DNA from: Bryobacterales bacterium
GTDB lineage: Bacteria; Acidobacteriota; Terriglobia; Bryobacterales; UBA6623
DNA: 64,000 nt
Reading direction: 5' to 3'
Assembly (NCBI GenBank): GCA_965214915.1
Contig: CBDCCP010000003.1
Span: 468,440-532,439, forward strand
The position numbers and the translations under genes were made by a program. Shown one piece after another: positions 1 through 7,752 of the stretch; the stretch's first letter is position 1, and each line of letters opens with the position of its first letter. The notes below the pieces were generated by a model that was not told the origin of the DNA, ran no database searches, and was given only the letters and a program-made list of their open reading frames with translations.

Positions 1-611
1 ATTATCGGCCGCGCCGCGCCGGGGCCGAAGCTGCGCTTGGCAATCCCCGTGCCCACTTTATGATCGAGCGCCTCGCCGAGCGAGACGTCGCGCGACAAGC
101 TCAACTCTTGCGCGTTGAAGGAGTCCACGCTGCCGAACGATGCGAAGGCGGTTTCCTGCTTTTCGCTCGCAGTTACGGTGATCTCTTCGTGCAAGGCGGT
201 CAAGGCAAGCGTGAAGTCGGCGGTCGCCTCGGCGCCGGCGCGAGCCTCGACCGTCTTGGCCGCTTCGCTGAAAACACTGTCGAGATGGGCGACGAGATGG
301 TAGCGGCCGGGGGGCACCCGGTCGAATGCGTAGGAGCCGTCGTCGGCGCTCAGCGCGCTGCGCCCGAGCTCGACGATCAGCACGACGGCCCCGTGCAGCG
401 GGCCGCCGGTTTCTTTCATCGCTACCGTGCCGCTCACGCGGCCGTGCGGCTGCGCCGCGGCCGGGCCGGCCGCCTGAACAGCCAGGGCGGCAATGGCCAG
501 GAAGAGACACCGCGGGCACCGCGTTGCCGATGACCGCGGCGCCGCAGAGCAGCAGGCGCTGCAACGGGCGGGAAAAGGCACGCGAGCTTCAGGCGCCGTA
601 TTCGTCTTCAT
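1..611 (-). CDS. TonB-dependent receptor, N-terminal part (runs off the left edge); close paralog of 805..3201
   Basis: ATG at 611 reads MKTNTAPE...LAIAALAVQAAGPAAAQPHGRVSGTVAMKETGGPLHGAVVLIVELG...FGPGAARPI. Nt ~1-445 are nearly identical to ~2672-3116. Not in the ORF track because its stop lies outside the window. Confidence 0.88.
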   Translation of the reverse strand, partial: MKTNTAPEARVPFPARCSACCSAAPRSSATRCPRCLFLAIAALAVQAAGPAAAQPHGRVSGTVAMKETGGPLHGAVVLIVELGRSALSADDGSYAFDRVPPGRYHLVAHLDSVFSEAAKTVEARAGAEATADFTLALTALHEEITVTASEKQETAFASFGSVDSFNAQELSLSRDVSLGEALDHKVGTGIAKRSFGPGAARPI

Positions 612-715
612 CGTGGGACCTCTTTTCCAATACGAGGCGATCCGGGAGATCGCCCCAACTGTTTTTCCGGCCCGCGCAAGCGGCGCCGAAGTTAACGGAC
701 GCAAATGCCCTCCGT

Positions 716-796
716 CAAAGGGTTCGCCGAGTCTCCGCCTGCGCGATATAGCTCATCGGTTCTGGGGCGCATAACGACGCTTGCGTGACTTTTGCC
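716..796 (-). repeat. Dispersed intergenic repeat, copy A
   Basis: Minus strand 796-764 GGCAAAAGTCACGCAAGCGTCGTTATGCGCCCC matches 4912-4944 at 29/33 nt; weaker similarity (ATATCG.GCAG.CGG...AAC.CTTTG) continues to ~716. Confidence 0.7.
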
Positions 797-804
797 ATGG
801 GCTG

Positions 805-3201
805 CTAGAAGAACCGCACCATGTAGGTGAAGCGCACGCCGCGGCCGATCTCCGGGGCGAGGTCTTTGATGAACGACGAGTGGTTGCGGTAAAGCCGGTC
901 GCCGGCGTTGAAGACGTTCACCGAGAACCGGTGCGCCAGGCGCCGCCGCGCATAGGTGTACGACGCCTTGAGATTGACCACCGCGTAACCCGGCGTGCGC
1001 GTCTCGCCGGTGAACGTCTGGTGCTGTTGACTCGCCAGAATCAACTCCGGCTCGAAGTGGAAACCGCCGGCGTTGTAGTCGAAGCCGATCTTGCCCCGCA
1101 ACGGCGGGATGCGCGGCAGCGAAGTATTCGTGTCCGTGTCCTGGGCATCGACGAAATCCATGCCCAGATTCAGCCACAGGCCGGGGAACAGGCCGATGTT
1201 CGTGTTCGCCTCCGCGCCCGTGAAGCGCGCGTTGCGCTGCGTGTACTCGAGCACCTGCAGTTCGTCCTCTTCCTCGCCGGAGGCGAAGGGAAAGATGAAG
1301 TTGCTGAAGCCGTAGTGGAACAGGTTGACCTCGCCGCGCAGGCGGCCTTCGTTGTGGCGCAGCGACAGATCGACGCCGTTGCCGCGCTCGGCGTCCAGGC
1401 TCGGACCGCCGATCTCGAAGGCCAGATTCCCCGCGTGCGGGCCGTAGTTGTACAGCTCTTCGAGCGCCGGCGCGCGGTAGCTGTGCGCGTAGTTCGCCAC
1501 GAAGGCGCCGCCGCGCCACAGGTCGGCGTGCAGGCCGAGCGCCGCCGAGCCGCCGGTGAAGGTCCGCTCGACCGCGTCGGGGACCTCTTCTTCGTGGTGC
1601 TCCTCCTCTTCTTCTTCGCCTTCTTCATGGCCTTCTTCTTCGTGTTCGTGCTCCCCGCCGCGCTCGGCGAACGCCGGGTTGTAGCGCTGCGTCTCGATGC
1701 GGCCGCCGAACTGGAGCTTCACCCGCTCGAAGTCCAGCTCCTCCAGCGCGAAGAAGGCGAGTCCTTTTTGATCGATCGGCGGCGACAGGGCCTCCTCGCC
1801 GGCTGCGGCATAGGCGCGGTCGATGCCCCAGAAGCCGAACCGGCCGCTCAGCGGACCCCGCCGGCCTTGCTCGAACACGCCGCGGTAGATGAACTGGTCG
1901 TTGCGGAAGGCCGTTCCGATCGCTTGCTCGCCGTCCTCGAAGAACTCGACCTCGTCGTGCTCCCAATCGACGTAGCTCAATTTCATGACGAAGCTCTCGA
2001 GCGCCGGGCCGAGGTTGTTCAAACCCCAGTTGAAGCGGTAGCTTTGGCGGCGCGTGTCGAGCGTGATCCGCTCGATCTCTTCCTCGTGCTCCTCTTCCTC
2101 CTCCTCTTCTTCGCCTTCTTCATGGCCTTCTTCTTCGTGCTCGTCCTCTTCGTGGTGGTGGCCGTGGAATTCCTGGACGAAGGGCACGCCGTAGCTGCCG
2201 TTATCGACCTTGACATCGAAGCTGAAAAAGCTCTTGCCGCCGAAGCGGCCGAAGCCGCCGCTGCCGTTGCTGTTGTCCGTCCGCGAGTTGAAGATCTCGC
2301 CTTGCCCCGAAGCGGTGTAGTCGCCCGCGCGCACTCCCGCGCCCGCGCCCCAGACCATCCATTTGCCCGTGCCGTACTCGAACCCGGCGCTGCCGCCGGC
2401 CAGCGCGTTCGTCGTGCCTGCCGACCCGGAAAGATAACCGCGCAGCCCCTGGTGCGGGTGGCGGTGCATCTCGTGATGCCGGCCGATGGCGTTGACCGTG
2501 CCGCCTATGGCGTTGCCCGAGTAGAGCAGCGTCGCCGGACCCTTGACCACTTCGAGCCGCTCGAGTTGCGCCGTGTTGACCACCTCGCCGTGGTCGCCGG
2601 ACTGCGACGACAGCGTGCCCGTGCGAATGCCGTCCTCCATGACCAGCACCCGATCGCCGTCGAAGCCGCGGATGATCGGCCGCGAAGCGCCGGGGCCGAA
2701 GCTGCGCTTGGCAATCCCCGTGCCCACCTTGTGGTCGAGCGCCTCGCCGAGCGAGACGTCACGCGACAAGCTCAACTGTTGCGCGTTGAAGGAGTCCACG
2801 CTGCCGAACGATTCGAAGGCGGTTTCCTGCTTTTCGCTCGCGGTTACGGTGATCTCTTCGTGCAAAGAGGTCAAGGCAAGCGTGAAGTCGGCGGTCGCCG
2901 TACCGCCGGCGCGAACCTCGACCGTCTTGGCCGCCTCGGTGAAAACGCTGTCGAGATGGGCGACGAGATGGTAGCGGCCCGGGGGCACCCGGTCGAATGC
3001 GTAGGAGCCGTCATCGGCGCTCAGCGCGCTGCGCCCGAGCTCGACGATCAGCACGACGGCCCCGTGCAGCGGGCCGCCGGTTTCTTTCATCGCTACCGTG
3101 CCGCTCACGCGGCCGTTCGACTGCGCCGCGGCCGAGACGGCCGCGAGAGCCGCCAAGGCGGCGATAGACGGGAAAAGACGCACGGACCTCATGTATTGCA
3201 T
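805..3201 (-). CDS. TonB-dependent outer-membrane receptor, ZnuD-like (putative zinc/metal uptake)
   Basis: Signal peptide, carboxypeptidase-regulatory-like N-domain, plug motifs (SRPIIRG, RLEVVKGPATLLYSGNAIGGTVN), two His/Glu-rich loops, C-terminal Phe. Start may be the ATG at 3192. Confidence 0.9.
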   Translation of the reverse strand: MQYMRSVRLFPSIAALAALAAVSAAAQSNGRVSGTVAMKETGGPLHGAVVLIVELGRSALSADDGSYAFDRVPPGRYHLVAHLDSVFTEAAKTVEVRAGGTATADFTLALTSLHEEITVTASEKQETAFESFGSVDSFNAQQLSLSRDVSLGEALDHKVGTGIAKRSFGPGASRPIIRGFDGDRVLVMEDGIRTGTLSSQSGDHGEVVNTAQLERLEVVKGPATLLYSGNAIGGTVNAIGRHHEMHRHPHQGLRGYLSGSAGTTNALAGGSAGFEYGTGKWMVWGAGAGVRAGDYTASGQGEIFNSRTDNSNGSGGFGRFGGKSFFSFDVKVDNGSYGVPFVQEFHGHHHEEDEHEEEGHEEGEEEEEEEEHEEEIERITLDTRRQSYRFNWGLNNLGPALESFVMKLSYVDWEHDEVEFFEDGEQAIGTAFRNDQFIYRGVFEQGRRGPLSGRFGFWGIDRAYAAAGEEALSPPIDQKGLAFFALEELDFERVKLQFGGRIETQRYNPAFAERGGEHEHEEEGHEEGEEEEEEHHEEEVPDAVERTFTGGSAALGLHADLWRGGAFVANYAHSYRAPALEELYNYGPHAGNLAFEIGGPSLDAERGNGVDLSLRHNEGRLRGEVNLFHYGFSNFIFPFASGEEEDELQVLEYTQRNARFTGAEANTNIGLFPGLWLNLGMDFVDAQDTDTNTSLPRIPPLRGKIGFDYNAGGFHFEPELILASQQHQTFTGETRTPGYAVVNLKASYTYARRRLAHRFSVNVFNAGDRLYRNHSSFIKDLAPEIGRGVRFTYMVRFF
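1610..2139. repeat. Identical 35-bp segment in both His/Glu-rich loops (1610-1644 and 2105-2139)
   Basis: TCTTCTTCGCCTTCTTCATGGCCTTCTTCTTCGTG occurs twice and encodes HEEEGHEEGEE on the minus strand. Confidence 0.9.
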
Positions 3202-3205
3202 ACAT
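3191..3205. promoter_or_regulatory. AT-rich palindrome over the receptor start region (candidate metal-regulator operator)
   Basis: ATGTAT-TGC-ATACAT, a perfect 6-3-6 inverted repeat between the GAGGA RBS and the start codon(s). Confidence 0.4.
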
Positions 3206-3287
3206 CCTCATCTTGGGTCCGGTACATCCGCGGACAAAGTGCAAAATCGCGGGCGGATACGGAAGCGGCGGCGAACGGGACAAAAAA

Positions 3288-4916
3288 CTAAGTCCGGCGG
3301 GTTCCCGCCGCCGTAGGCGAAAGCCGGCGGTCCGGCGCGAGAGCGTTGCCCAACTCGTCTTCAAACGCGGCGAGGGCGTTTTCGGTTGCGGCGCGGTCCC
3401 AACCCAAAACGGCCGCCGCGACCGCTGCCGCCGCGCGCGCCCATGCGGGTTCGTAGTTCCGCTCGAAGGCCAGGCCCGTCCGCCGCAAGAGGATATCGCC
3501 GAGCGTGCGGGCCTTCTCGCAGCGTACGGCGAATTCGATCTGCCCGCGCACGGCCGGGCAGCCGGCGGCCAACGGCGCCGAGCGCTCGGGCCGGGCGCGG
3601 ATGAAGGCCCGCAGCCGCGGCGCGCGCGGGCCGTAAACGGCGGCAAGACCGGCATCGGGCTCGTCCAACGCGACGGCTTCGGGAATGCCGGGGTCGTTCG
3701 GAGGCGGAGCGCCGAGCTTGGCGGCGGCTAGCCGCAGCGTGTCCCAGGCAAACGACCGCGCCGTCGTCAGCTTGCCGCCGAGCATCGTCAGCAAGCCTTG
3801 CACGCCGTCTTCGCTTTCGTGATCGTAAAGCGCATGATCGCGGGAAGCGGCATTCATGTTCCCGCCGGTTACGCGCAGTAACGGCCGCGAGCCGCAATAG
3901 GCGTAGAGCACGGATTCGCGGCCGGCGTCCGCACGCGGGAACAGGCCGTTCATTTCGCTGAGCAGATATTCGATCTCAGCCTCGGTCGGCATCGTGCGGT
4001 CCGGGTTGCCGGCAAACGGCGTCTCGGTTGTCCCCACGAGATAAAGACCCCGCCAGGGAACGATAAAAAACGGCCGGCCGTCGGCGCGCGCTTCGTGATA
4101 AACGGCGTGCCGGGGAGCGCCCGCGAACGGCGGCAGCACGATATGCGCCCCGTTCAAGAGGGTCAGCAGGGGTTCCCGCCTTGCCCCGGGCAGCAAGCGG
4201 AGCACGCGGTCGACCCAGGCGCCGGCGGCGTTGACGACCAACCGCGCGCGGAGTTCCTCTGCGCCGTCGGGGCCTGCGACCCGCACCCCGACGACCCGCT
4301 CATCTTCGACCAAAAACCCCGTGACGGCCGTATGGTTGCGAACCGTTGCGCCGGCTTCCTCGGCTTGCAGCGCCATCTCCAGCGCCAGACGTTCGGGGTA
4401 AACAGCTTGGCAGTCGTAATAGACGAAGCCTCCGCGAAGGTCTTCGGCGGCGAGTCCGGGCTCGGCTTGGCGAACATCCTTGGCGCTCAAGCGGCGATGC
4501 CTCGGCAAAACGGCGCCGCCCGCCAAGAAGCCGTACATCTCGAGGCCGGCGGCGATGTACCACGGCGGGCGCGAATCGCCGCCGTAAACCGGAATCAGGA
4601 AGGGCTGGGGAACGATCTGCCCCGGAAATTCCCGCAGCAGGATCTTGCGGTCGCGCAGCGATTCGCGCACCAGGCGGAAGCGGAACGATTCCAGATAGCG
4701 CAGGCCGCCGTGAATGAGGCGCGTCGAGCGGCTGGTGACGCCGCAGCCGAAATCGTTCTTCTCGACGAGCGTGACGCGGAACCCGCTCCAGGCCGCCAAG
4801 CGCGCCAGCGCGCAGCCGTTGACGCCGCCGCCAACGATCACGATATCGTCGCTGGCGCCGCTTCCCAACTTCCAATCTATCAGCCGGCGCCGCCACGATC
4901 CGGAAGCCCGCGGCAA
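3288..4916 (-). CDS. glpD: FAD-dependent glycerol-3-phosphate dehydrogenase/oxidase
   Basis: GGGVNG FAD motif, TSRSTRLIHGGLRYLE, VVNAAGAWVD, GGKLTT, C-terminal DILLRRTGL. True start probably TTG at ~4868. Confidence 0.9.
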   Translation of the reverse strand: MPRASGSWRRRLIDWKLGSGASDDIVIVGGGVNGCALARLAAWSGFRVTLVEKNDFGCGVTSRSTRLIHGGLRYLESFRFRLVRESLRDRKILLREFPGQIVPQPFLIPVYGGDSRPPWYIAAGLEMYGFLAGGAVLPRHRRLSAKDVRQAEPGLAAEDLRGGFVYYDCQAVYPERLALEMALQAEEAGATVRNHTAVTGFLVEDERVVGVRVAGPDGAEELRARLVVNAAGAWVDRVLRLLPGARREPLLTLLNGAHIVLPPFAGAPRHAVYHEARADGRPFFIVPWRGLYLVGTTETPFAGNPDRTMPTEAEIEYLLSEMNGLFPRADAGRESVLYAYCGSRPLLRVTGGNMNAASRDHALYDHESEDGVQGLLTMLGGKLTTARSFAWDTLRLAAAKLGAPPPNDPGIPEAVALDEPDAGLAAVYGPRAPRLRAFIRARPERSAPLAAGCPAVRGQIEFAVRCEKARTLGDILLRRTGLAFERNYEPAWARAAAAVAAAVLGWDRAATENALAAFEDELGNALAPDRRLSPTAAGTRRT

Positions 4917-4990
4917 AAGTCACGCCGGCGGCGTTACGCGCCCCGAGGATTCAATATCGGGCAGACGGCAAGGGCGCGCAACTCTTTGGG
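4912..4990 (+). repeat. Dispersed intergenic repeat, copy B
   Basis: GGCAAAAGTCACGCCGGCGGCGTTACGCGCCCC (4912-4944), followed by GGCAAGGGCGCGCAA (4967-4981), which is shared with copy C. Confidence 0.75.
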
Positions 4991-5136
4991 CGCCGCCGGC
5001 GCGCCGAGGCCTTCCCACACCGCGAGATGCGGGAAAGCGGGTAGAGCTGCACGGCAGGACCTGAGCGAGGCCGGCGCCTTGGCGTACGGACCAACGACGC
5101 GCACGAGACGCGACGGTTTCCGGCAGCGTCAGCTAA

Positions 5137-5583
5137 TCAGAGTCCCTCGATTGTCCAGTTCCCGTTCCCGCCCCCGAAAGCGCTCTCATCCCCGTTGGCG
5201 TTGTTCTCCGTTACCAGGAACATGCCAATGGCCAGGCGGCCCCGGCCGTTGTGGGCGGCGATGTTGGAGGAATGGGTCCCGGCGAAGCTCTGGCCAGCGG
5301 GAATTACAAGTTGTGCCGTCCCATCCGCGTTGACGCTGAAGGTGCCGTTGAGGGCTGTGCAGGACCCGCCACTCCCGTACACCTGGCCCACGGCGCAAGA
5401 GGCTCCTGTGTTGCTGGTGATTTGCGCCTGGGCGCGGCGCGGCGACATCAAGGCGTACAGGGCCGCGGGCGTCGCCAAGGCCAGCGGGCCGTACTTTTCA
5501 ATGAACTGCCGCCGCGCGGCGTCTCGGACGGGGTCATGATATTCCCCTCCTCGGGGAGGGTAGATTTCGTTTTGTTTGCGCAC
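5137..5583 (-). CDS. Small exported protein with twin-arginine-like leader
   Basis: AARRQFIEKYGPLALATPAALYALMSPRRAQA|QITS, then a Gly/Ser/Asn-rich mature part with two Cys. Start uncertain (GTG 5583 chosen; frame open to 5730). Confidence 0.6.
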   Translation of the reverse strand: MRKQNEIYPPRGGEYHDPVRDAARRQFIEKYGPLALATPAALYALMSPRRAQAQITSNTGASCAVGQVYGSGGSCTALNGTFSVNADGTAQLVIPAGQSFAGTHSSNIAAHNGRGRLAIGMFLVTENNANGDESAFGGGNGNWTIEGL

Positions 5584-5829
5584 CGACTTACTCGTTGTCC
5601 TTTCTCTCTCGTGTTCGGCGCCGGGACTACCGTCGTCAACCGGCGCAACCGCCCGATAAGAGAAGCATAGCAAGTTTCGGCAGTCGACATTTGCAGTTAT
5701 AGGCCGGCGATCAACAGCCACTCCGCCCATTTCAGGGATTTAACAATACTTTTACATTTTTACGACGCTTACAGTTGTAGGCCGGGGTGACCAAGCTCCG
5801 TTCTGCGGAAACCTTCTCCAGCGCGCTAC

Positions 5830-5868
5830 AGGAATGCCTACGATGTTGAACCGGTTGACTACCATTAG
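5830..5868 (+). pseudogene. higB: 3' stub of a HigB-type (RelE/ParE-like killer) toxin
   Basis: Reads RNAYDVEPVDYH*, resembling the typical HigB C-terminus, directly upstream of higA. Upstream frame is closed (TGA at 5788-5790). Confidence 0.65.
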
Positions 5869-5883
5869 GAAGGGGACGGAACA

Positions 5884-6347
5884 ATGATTATCGGAACCAG
5901 CGAGAACGCCTACATGGCGCTCAATCCACTGCATCCCGGCAGGTTGTTGAAGCATGGCTACGTCGACGCAGATCCCGATTTCCCGGAAGATCGGCCGGGA
6001 ATGACGGTCGGGACGCCACGGCCAAGATCGGGGTTAGCCGCGTCAACCTCTCCCGCGTTCTGAACGAACGCGGCCCGGTAACTATCGACTTGGCCTTGAA
6101 GCTCGAAGCCGGCGGATGGGGAACCGCCGATTTATGGCTACGACTACAAACCCGTTGGGACTTGGCCCAAGCCCGCAAGCGCCGGAATCGGCCCCGCGCC
6201 GAAGCGCCCGCCGTCCTCGAAGAGAAACGTTTGCTTTGCATGCGCAATCCGCCGAACGGCGCGCAATCTCCCGTTATGAGCAGCCCTCGATTACCGCCCG
6301 AACGATTGCCGCGTCTCGGTCCCATGCTTCGCACCGCCGCGCCTTGA
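5884..6347 (+). pseudogene. higA: HigA-family HTH antitoxin with a 1-nt frameshift at ~6010 (possibly a sequencing error)
   Basis: Purine-rich RBS; ...NPLHPGRLLKHGY...MTV in one frame, then DATAKIGVSRVNLSRVLNERGPVTIDLALKLEAGGWGTADLWLRLQTRWDLAQAR in another. One extra G in the GGG run restores the frame. Confidence 0.8.
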
Positions 6348-6528
6348 TCTGTAGCGTTTGGCGCTTCCGTTGCAACTCCGGAGAGTGGTCGTAAGGCCGG
6401 TTTCGGGCGTTCGGCGACCAGCCCGCCCGATAACGTTCAAGCGAATATCTCGTCCCGTTCGTCGTCTCTTCGCTTTGTATCGAGATTTGTAACGAGGGTC
6501 TTGCCGGCGCGGGAGGCGGAAGACGATC

Positions 6529-6733
6529 CAGCGAACGTTTGCGGATTTGGAATACGAAGCGAAGAAACGGCGGACGAGACAAGAGAAGTTTCCGGCGCGG
6601 ATGGAGGAGCGTCCGTTTTCATATGTGAAGCGGCGCTTTTTGGCTAAACCAAGGCGCCTATCGCGGTTTAACCAAGAACAAGGAACGGATCGGCCTGCTG
6701 TTGGGCTTCGCCAATCTGCCGATCGCCGGGCGC
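6529..6733 (+). mobile_element. Internally deleted, degenerate IS5-family transposase relic
   Basis: QRTFADLEYEAKKRRTRQEKFPARME joined directly to ERPFSYVKRRF...YRGLTKNKERIGLLLGFANL, i.e. the N- and C-termini of the transposase at 28232-29182. Confidence 0.88.
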
Positions 6734-6852
6734 GAGGGGTCGGCCAAGGTCGCCGCACTGCGGCAGGCGATGTCCAGGTCGGCAGCGGCGGCGTTAACGA
6801 TTTAACCCGGATTTCCGCTCTGAAGCTTCCGGTTGGCCCGAGGCGACTGAAA

Positions 6853-7749
6853 TCACGAACCTGGCTCGCCGCAACCCACGGTGTCCCTGTGTCTCGGCGG
6901 CGGACCGGGAGCGCGCACCTCCAACCGGAGCAGGCCGCCGCACTCGCCTTCAAGAGTCAGCACAGTGTGGGCCGCGATCTCGTCCAGGAGCTGTTCGACC
7001 ATGGCCGGAACTTCCTGCAAACCCCGCGCGAACAGAGCGTTCCCGCCGGTGACCCTTGCGAACTCGCTGATGCCGTTTTGGTAGGCCTCGTTGAGATCGT
7101 CATACTTGCGCGCCAGGTGCAGGAAGAACAGCGGGGCTTGTCCCCGCTCCAGGGCGTCAACGATGGAGCGAATCCGCTCGAGGATCAACTCGCTGCGAAA
7201 GCGCCTGCTGAGGTCGCGCCGGTCGCTGGGGTTCACGACCGGGATCGTGTAATCGCCTCGGTAATCCTCGACCGCGCCGTCCGTCAGGAACAGGACGGCC
7301 ACGCGCACCGCCGCGGCCTCCAGGGTGCGGTCGGCGATCCGCGAAGCCTGTTCGATGACATCGAGCAGGCCGGGCGCGCCCCGCACGTCCAGCGACTCCA
7401 GCTCCGCCTTGAGCTTCTGACGTCCGCGAACCGGATCCTGCCGGACCAGCAGCCCGTCCTGGGCGGTGAGCACCCCGGCGAAGTATTTCGGGCCGAGGAG
7501 GCGCAGCTTGGCGACTATCGCTTCCCGGGCGGCGTCGGCGCGGTCCGGGAACTTCACCGTGTCCATCACCAGCAGGACGATCAAATGGTCGTCCGGCGTC
7601 TGTACCGATCGGACCGCCACGCGCTCGCCATCGAGAGTGACCTCGATCTGCTCGGTCCGCGCGTCGGTCCAAACGGGCGTCTTGAGGGCTTCGGCCGGAA
7701 CGCGCGTAGTAAGTAGAAGGCAGCAGGCAAGAATCCGACCGCAGCGCAT
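6853..7749 (-). CDS. Exported VWA-like domain protein
   Basis: Signal peptide; VWA-like segments LIVLLVMDT, VAVLFLTDG, FARVTGGNALF; starts 3 nt after the barrel gene stop. Confidence 0.6.
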   Translation of the reverse strand: MRCGRILACCLLLTTRVPAEALKTPVWTDARTEQIEVTLDGERVAVRSVQTPDDHLIVLLVMDTVKFPDRADAAREAIVAKLRLLGPKYFAGVLTAQDGLLVRQDPVRGRQKLKAELESLDVRGAPGLLDVIEQASRIADRTLEAAAVRVAVLFLTDGAVEDYRGDYTIPVVNPSDRRDLSRRFRSELILERIRSIVDALERGQAPLFFLHLARKYDDLNEAYQNGISEFARVTGGNALFARGLQEVPAMVEQLLDEIAAHTVLTLEGECGGLLRLEVRAPGPPPRHRDTVGCGEPGS

Positions 7750-7752
7750 GAG

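Noticed and set aside
620-800. Cobalamin riboswitch upstream of the TonB receptor
   Set aside because: The GCCCCAACTGT-like string is on the wrong strand and the other conserved B12-box elements are not visible.
1585-2169. CRISPR-like or microsatellite array in the (CTT/CTC)n tracts
   Set aside because: These are coding His/Glu loops; no repeat-spacer array or cas gene was seen anywhere in the window.
781-3291. Very long antisense ORFs (also 14161-17523, 52216-55689, 12479-14482, 49754-51775, 29947-31821)
   Set aside because: Shadow frames opposite well-supported genes, expected from high-GC codon bias; no motifs of their own.
3282-3310. Intrinsic terminator for glpD (CGGCGGG-AA-CCCGCCG followed by a T-run on the minus strand)
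   Set aside because: The hairpin lies within the last codons and is separated from the T-run by ~7 nt; too weak to call.
6547-7716. 389-aa ORF starting like an IS5 transposase
   Set aside because: Only the first ~30 codons are IS-derived; the rest is largely antisense to the VWA-like gene.
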